Assembly (NCBI GenBank): GCA_002633005.1
Contig: NMRA01000015.1
Location: 959,598 to 1,023,597 of the forward strand
From: Phoronis australis
Taxonomy: Eukaryota; Animalia; Phoronida
Direction of reading: 5' to 3'
Length of the DNA: 64,000 nt
Shown: positions 62,201-64,000 of the stretch, piece by piece
How positions within the stretch are numbered: position 1 is the stretch's first letter
Layout: each line of letters begins with the position of its first letter
Translations under genes and position numbers: made by a program
The notes under the pieces: generated by a model
Seen by the model: only the letters and a program-made list of their open reading frames with translations
Databases searched by the model: none
Told to the model about the DNA's origin: nothing

Positions 62201-63575
62201 ACACTAAAACTCCCATAAGTCATATGAGCACAAGATCTTCGCTAACTTGCATAACGTTTCACAGTACGATTATTCTAGTTTGTATACTCTACCCAATGGA
62301 TAAGTCATATTTGCTTATAACTCAAATAAATTCTTTTGGTCTGGTTACCTTCAACTTGAGCAAGTTTTGCAGCTGTAGAATGATTTAAATTCATGAGTTA
62401 CATTTTAAAGTCAAAACTTCTGAATCAGCCAATATAAAACATCTTTTAAAAATATGTGCAGACAATTCATTTGGTGAATATTAATAAATGGATATCAAAA
62501 GTATCAATTCTAACAAAAAATTAGACTCTGCAATGCTCCCAAGATCAAATGACATTTTCAGGCAAGTAAGTCCTGCCTGTGTGACAAAGGAAAGTCACCT
62601 CACCTTTACAAAGTCTCCCCCTTGAACCATGAAATCCTTAATGACGCGATGAAATGAGGCACCTTTGTAACCGATGGGAACGCCATCTTTTGTGAACTCA
62701 CCAGTACAGAACTGCCTACAAGTGCAATCACACTATCAGCTGATATGGTCAAAAGACAACAGATGACTTCAGAGTTGTAGTGTTCATTATCTGTGATTCA
62801 GAATCCACATTGTGCTTCCCATTTTATTTCTATGAACACTATGTGAAGTCCTTGACCCAAATGTGATTCAACTACAACATAACGAGGTCTTCAGTATCAT
62901 TATGCAGGTTGTGAACATCATCAGATCTTCAGTATCATGATGCAGATTGTGAACATCACTTTTGTGGCACAAAGGGATGAAAGTGTTTCAACTTCTCTTG
63001 AATGCAACACTAGTCCACTTCAGGTTACTTCCTAACCATTCCTGAAACTTATTTTTATAGCCGAGATACTTGGACCAACGCAACAAAATAGCCTTGCCCA
63101 AGGAAACACAGCCACAAGTCAGCGTGAGCCAAACTCAGAACATAACGGCTGGAAGCTTGTCATGCTTACCACTGAGACAAAAAGACGCTGTGCAATAATA
63201 ATCGTGAACAATTCAAAATTTGTTAACAAACTCACTTAATCTAATGCCTAAATCGGAGGCACAGATTTACTGACCCTTTAATAGATTCGTTTTTTCATAA
63301 AAGATGTGTAACACCAAATAAATGCTTTACTATTTCCAACTTCTATGCTATTGCTAGCATCAGACAATATTTTGAGAAATAGCAGGCATTCACAACAACG
63401 TGAAATGCTTTCAAAAAATTAAAAGATTAATCTCAACAATTACTTTTAGTACTAAATTTGTAAGACTTTGCAATGTGTTCGTGTCTATGAACTCCAACTG
63501 GAATACTTACCTAAAGTTTTCAGCTGTTTTCGGGACGACATCAGCAAAAAGCTCAAAAACCATTCGATCGGGTTC
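59286..63575 (-). CDS. PPIH: Peptidyl-prolyl cis-trans isomerase H (cyclophilin H, U4/U6 snRNP 20K), 5' end unresolved
   Basis: Not in the ORF track; read from the minus strand. Exons: 63575-63511 ([22 protein letters not shown]), 62715-62604 ([37 protein letters not shown]), 61469-61377 ([31 protein letters not shown]), 60360-60273 ([29 protein letters not shown]), 59395-59286 ([36 protein letters not shown]). [19 protein letters not shown] and the QCGEM terminus are diagnostic of PPIH. Confidence 0.93.
60939..61127. mobile_element. Partial inverted copy of the 51555-51849 MITE in a PPIH intron
   Basis: Reverse complement of about 51552-51743; this explains the near-identical spurious ORFs MFRNIV...[18 protein letters not shown]. 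Confidence 0.75.
61498..61745. mobile_element. PIF/Harbinger-like MITE
   Basis: TIR GGGCCAGTTCCAACAAAACTGACTTA ... TAAGTCAGCTTCTTGGAACGGGCCC with the 3-bp flank CTT on both sides; interior rich in (C)TTAAG motifs; about 28 nt from the PPIH acceptor at 61470. Confidence 0.65.
61866..62100. repeat. Dispersed repeat, copy 2
   Basis: Same-orientation diverged copy of 32980-33270. Confidence 0.65.
63090..63178 (-). mobile_element. tRNA-derived SINE-like fragment
   Basis: The minus strand reads TCTCAGTGGTAAGCA ... GTGTTTCCTTGGGCAAGGC, resembling a tRNA head followed by the TGTGTCCTTGGGCAAG motif common in animal SINEs. Confidence 0.4.
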
Positions 63576-63749
63576 CTGAATAACAATTCAATGATGTTTT
63601 AAGAAGTAACACAGTACAACAAAAAAATCAATTCATAAGGAATCAAAGTATTTCAAGAATTAAATTTACACCGCGCCGTGAAACTTGTATCAACATGTAA
63701 AGCTAAAGACCGGACGGTGTGCATGCAAAATCTGGGAGCCAACCAACAC

Positions 63750-63900
63750 TCACCTTGCCCGTTAGAGCCGTTTAAGTGAAAAACAATGCAATAAACGTCA
63801 TTTTCTTGCGTAACTCACCACTTTTTCTAACAATGAAAATAATTTCGTCGTTTTGAAAACAGTACGCTCGTGTCACGCGCACGCGCCATTTCCTAAATTT
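63750..63900 (-). promoter_or_regulatory. Candidate PPIH promoter/5'UTR exon
   Basis: CpG-rich, with a YY1-like AAATGGCG motif (about 63884-63891) and two consensus donors, G|GTGAGT at 63818 and AAG|GTGAGT at 63753. Confidence 0.4.
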
Positions 63901-64000
63901 TTGCGACATCTCTCGGGAGATGATGATAGCTTGGCAGCAGCAAAATTTCTTCTGAAATTCGATTTTTCGGTATCAAAATTCTAAAAACTTATAATGAAGT

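Overview
Eukaryotic, AT-rich, intron-rich genomic DNA from an invertebrate animal (probably a lophotrochozoan or similar; this is inferred from gene content and repeat types, not established). Four spliced protein-coding genes can be assembled by hand with GT-AG junctions and consistent phases. (1) Vigilin/HDLBP: +, 20 coding exons, 6649-23108, about 1254 aa. (2) A secreted or lysosomal papain-family (C1A) cysteine protease: -, 11 exons, 34736-25337, about 381 aa. (3) An MTP8-11-like Mn-type cation diffusion facilitator: +, 9 exons, 38037-55885, about 525 aa. (4) Cyclophilin H/PPIH: -, 63575-59286, 5' end unresolved. Introns and intergenic DNA carry many non-autonomous DNA transposons (hAT-like, Kolobok/T2-like, Tc1/pogo-like, Harbinger-like), tRNA-derived SINE-like heads and tandem repeats. 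The most unusual object is the protease. It has lost both cysteines of the conserved papain C22-C63 disulfide, carries an extra Cys-rich loop of about 28 aa where cathepsin B has its occluding loop, and has its catalytic Cys on a 28-nt micro-exon. No prokaryotic-type systems (CRISPR, operons) are present, and most ORFs in the supplied track are spurious or are exon fragments.
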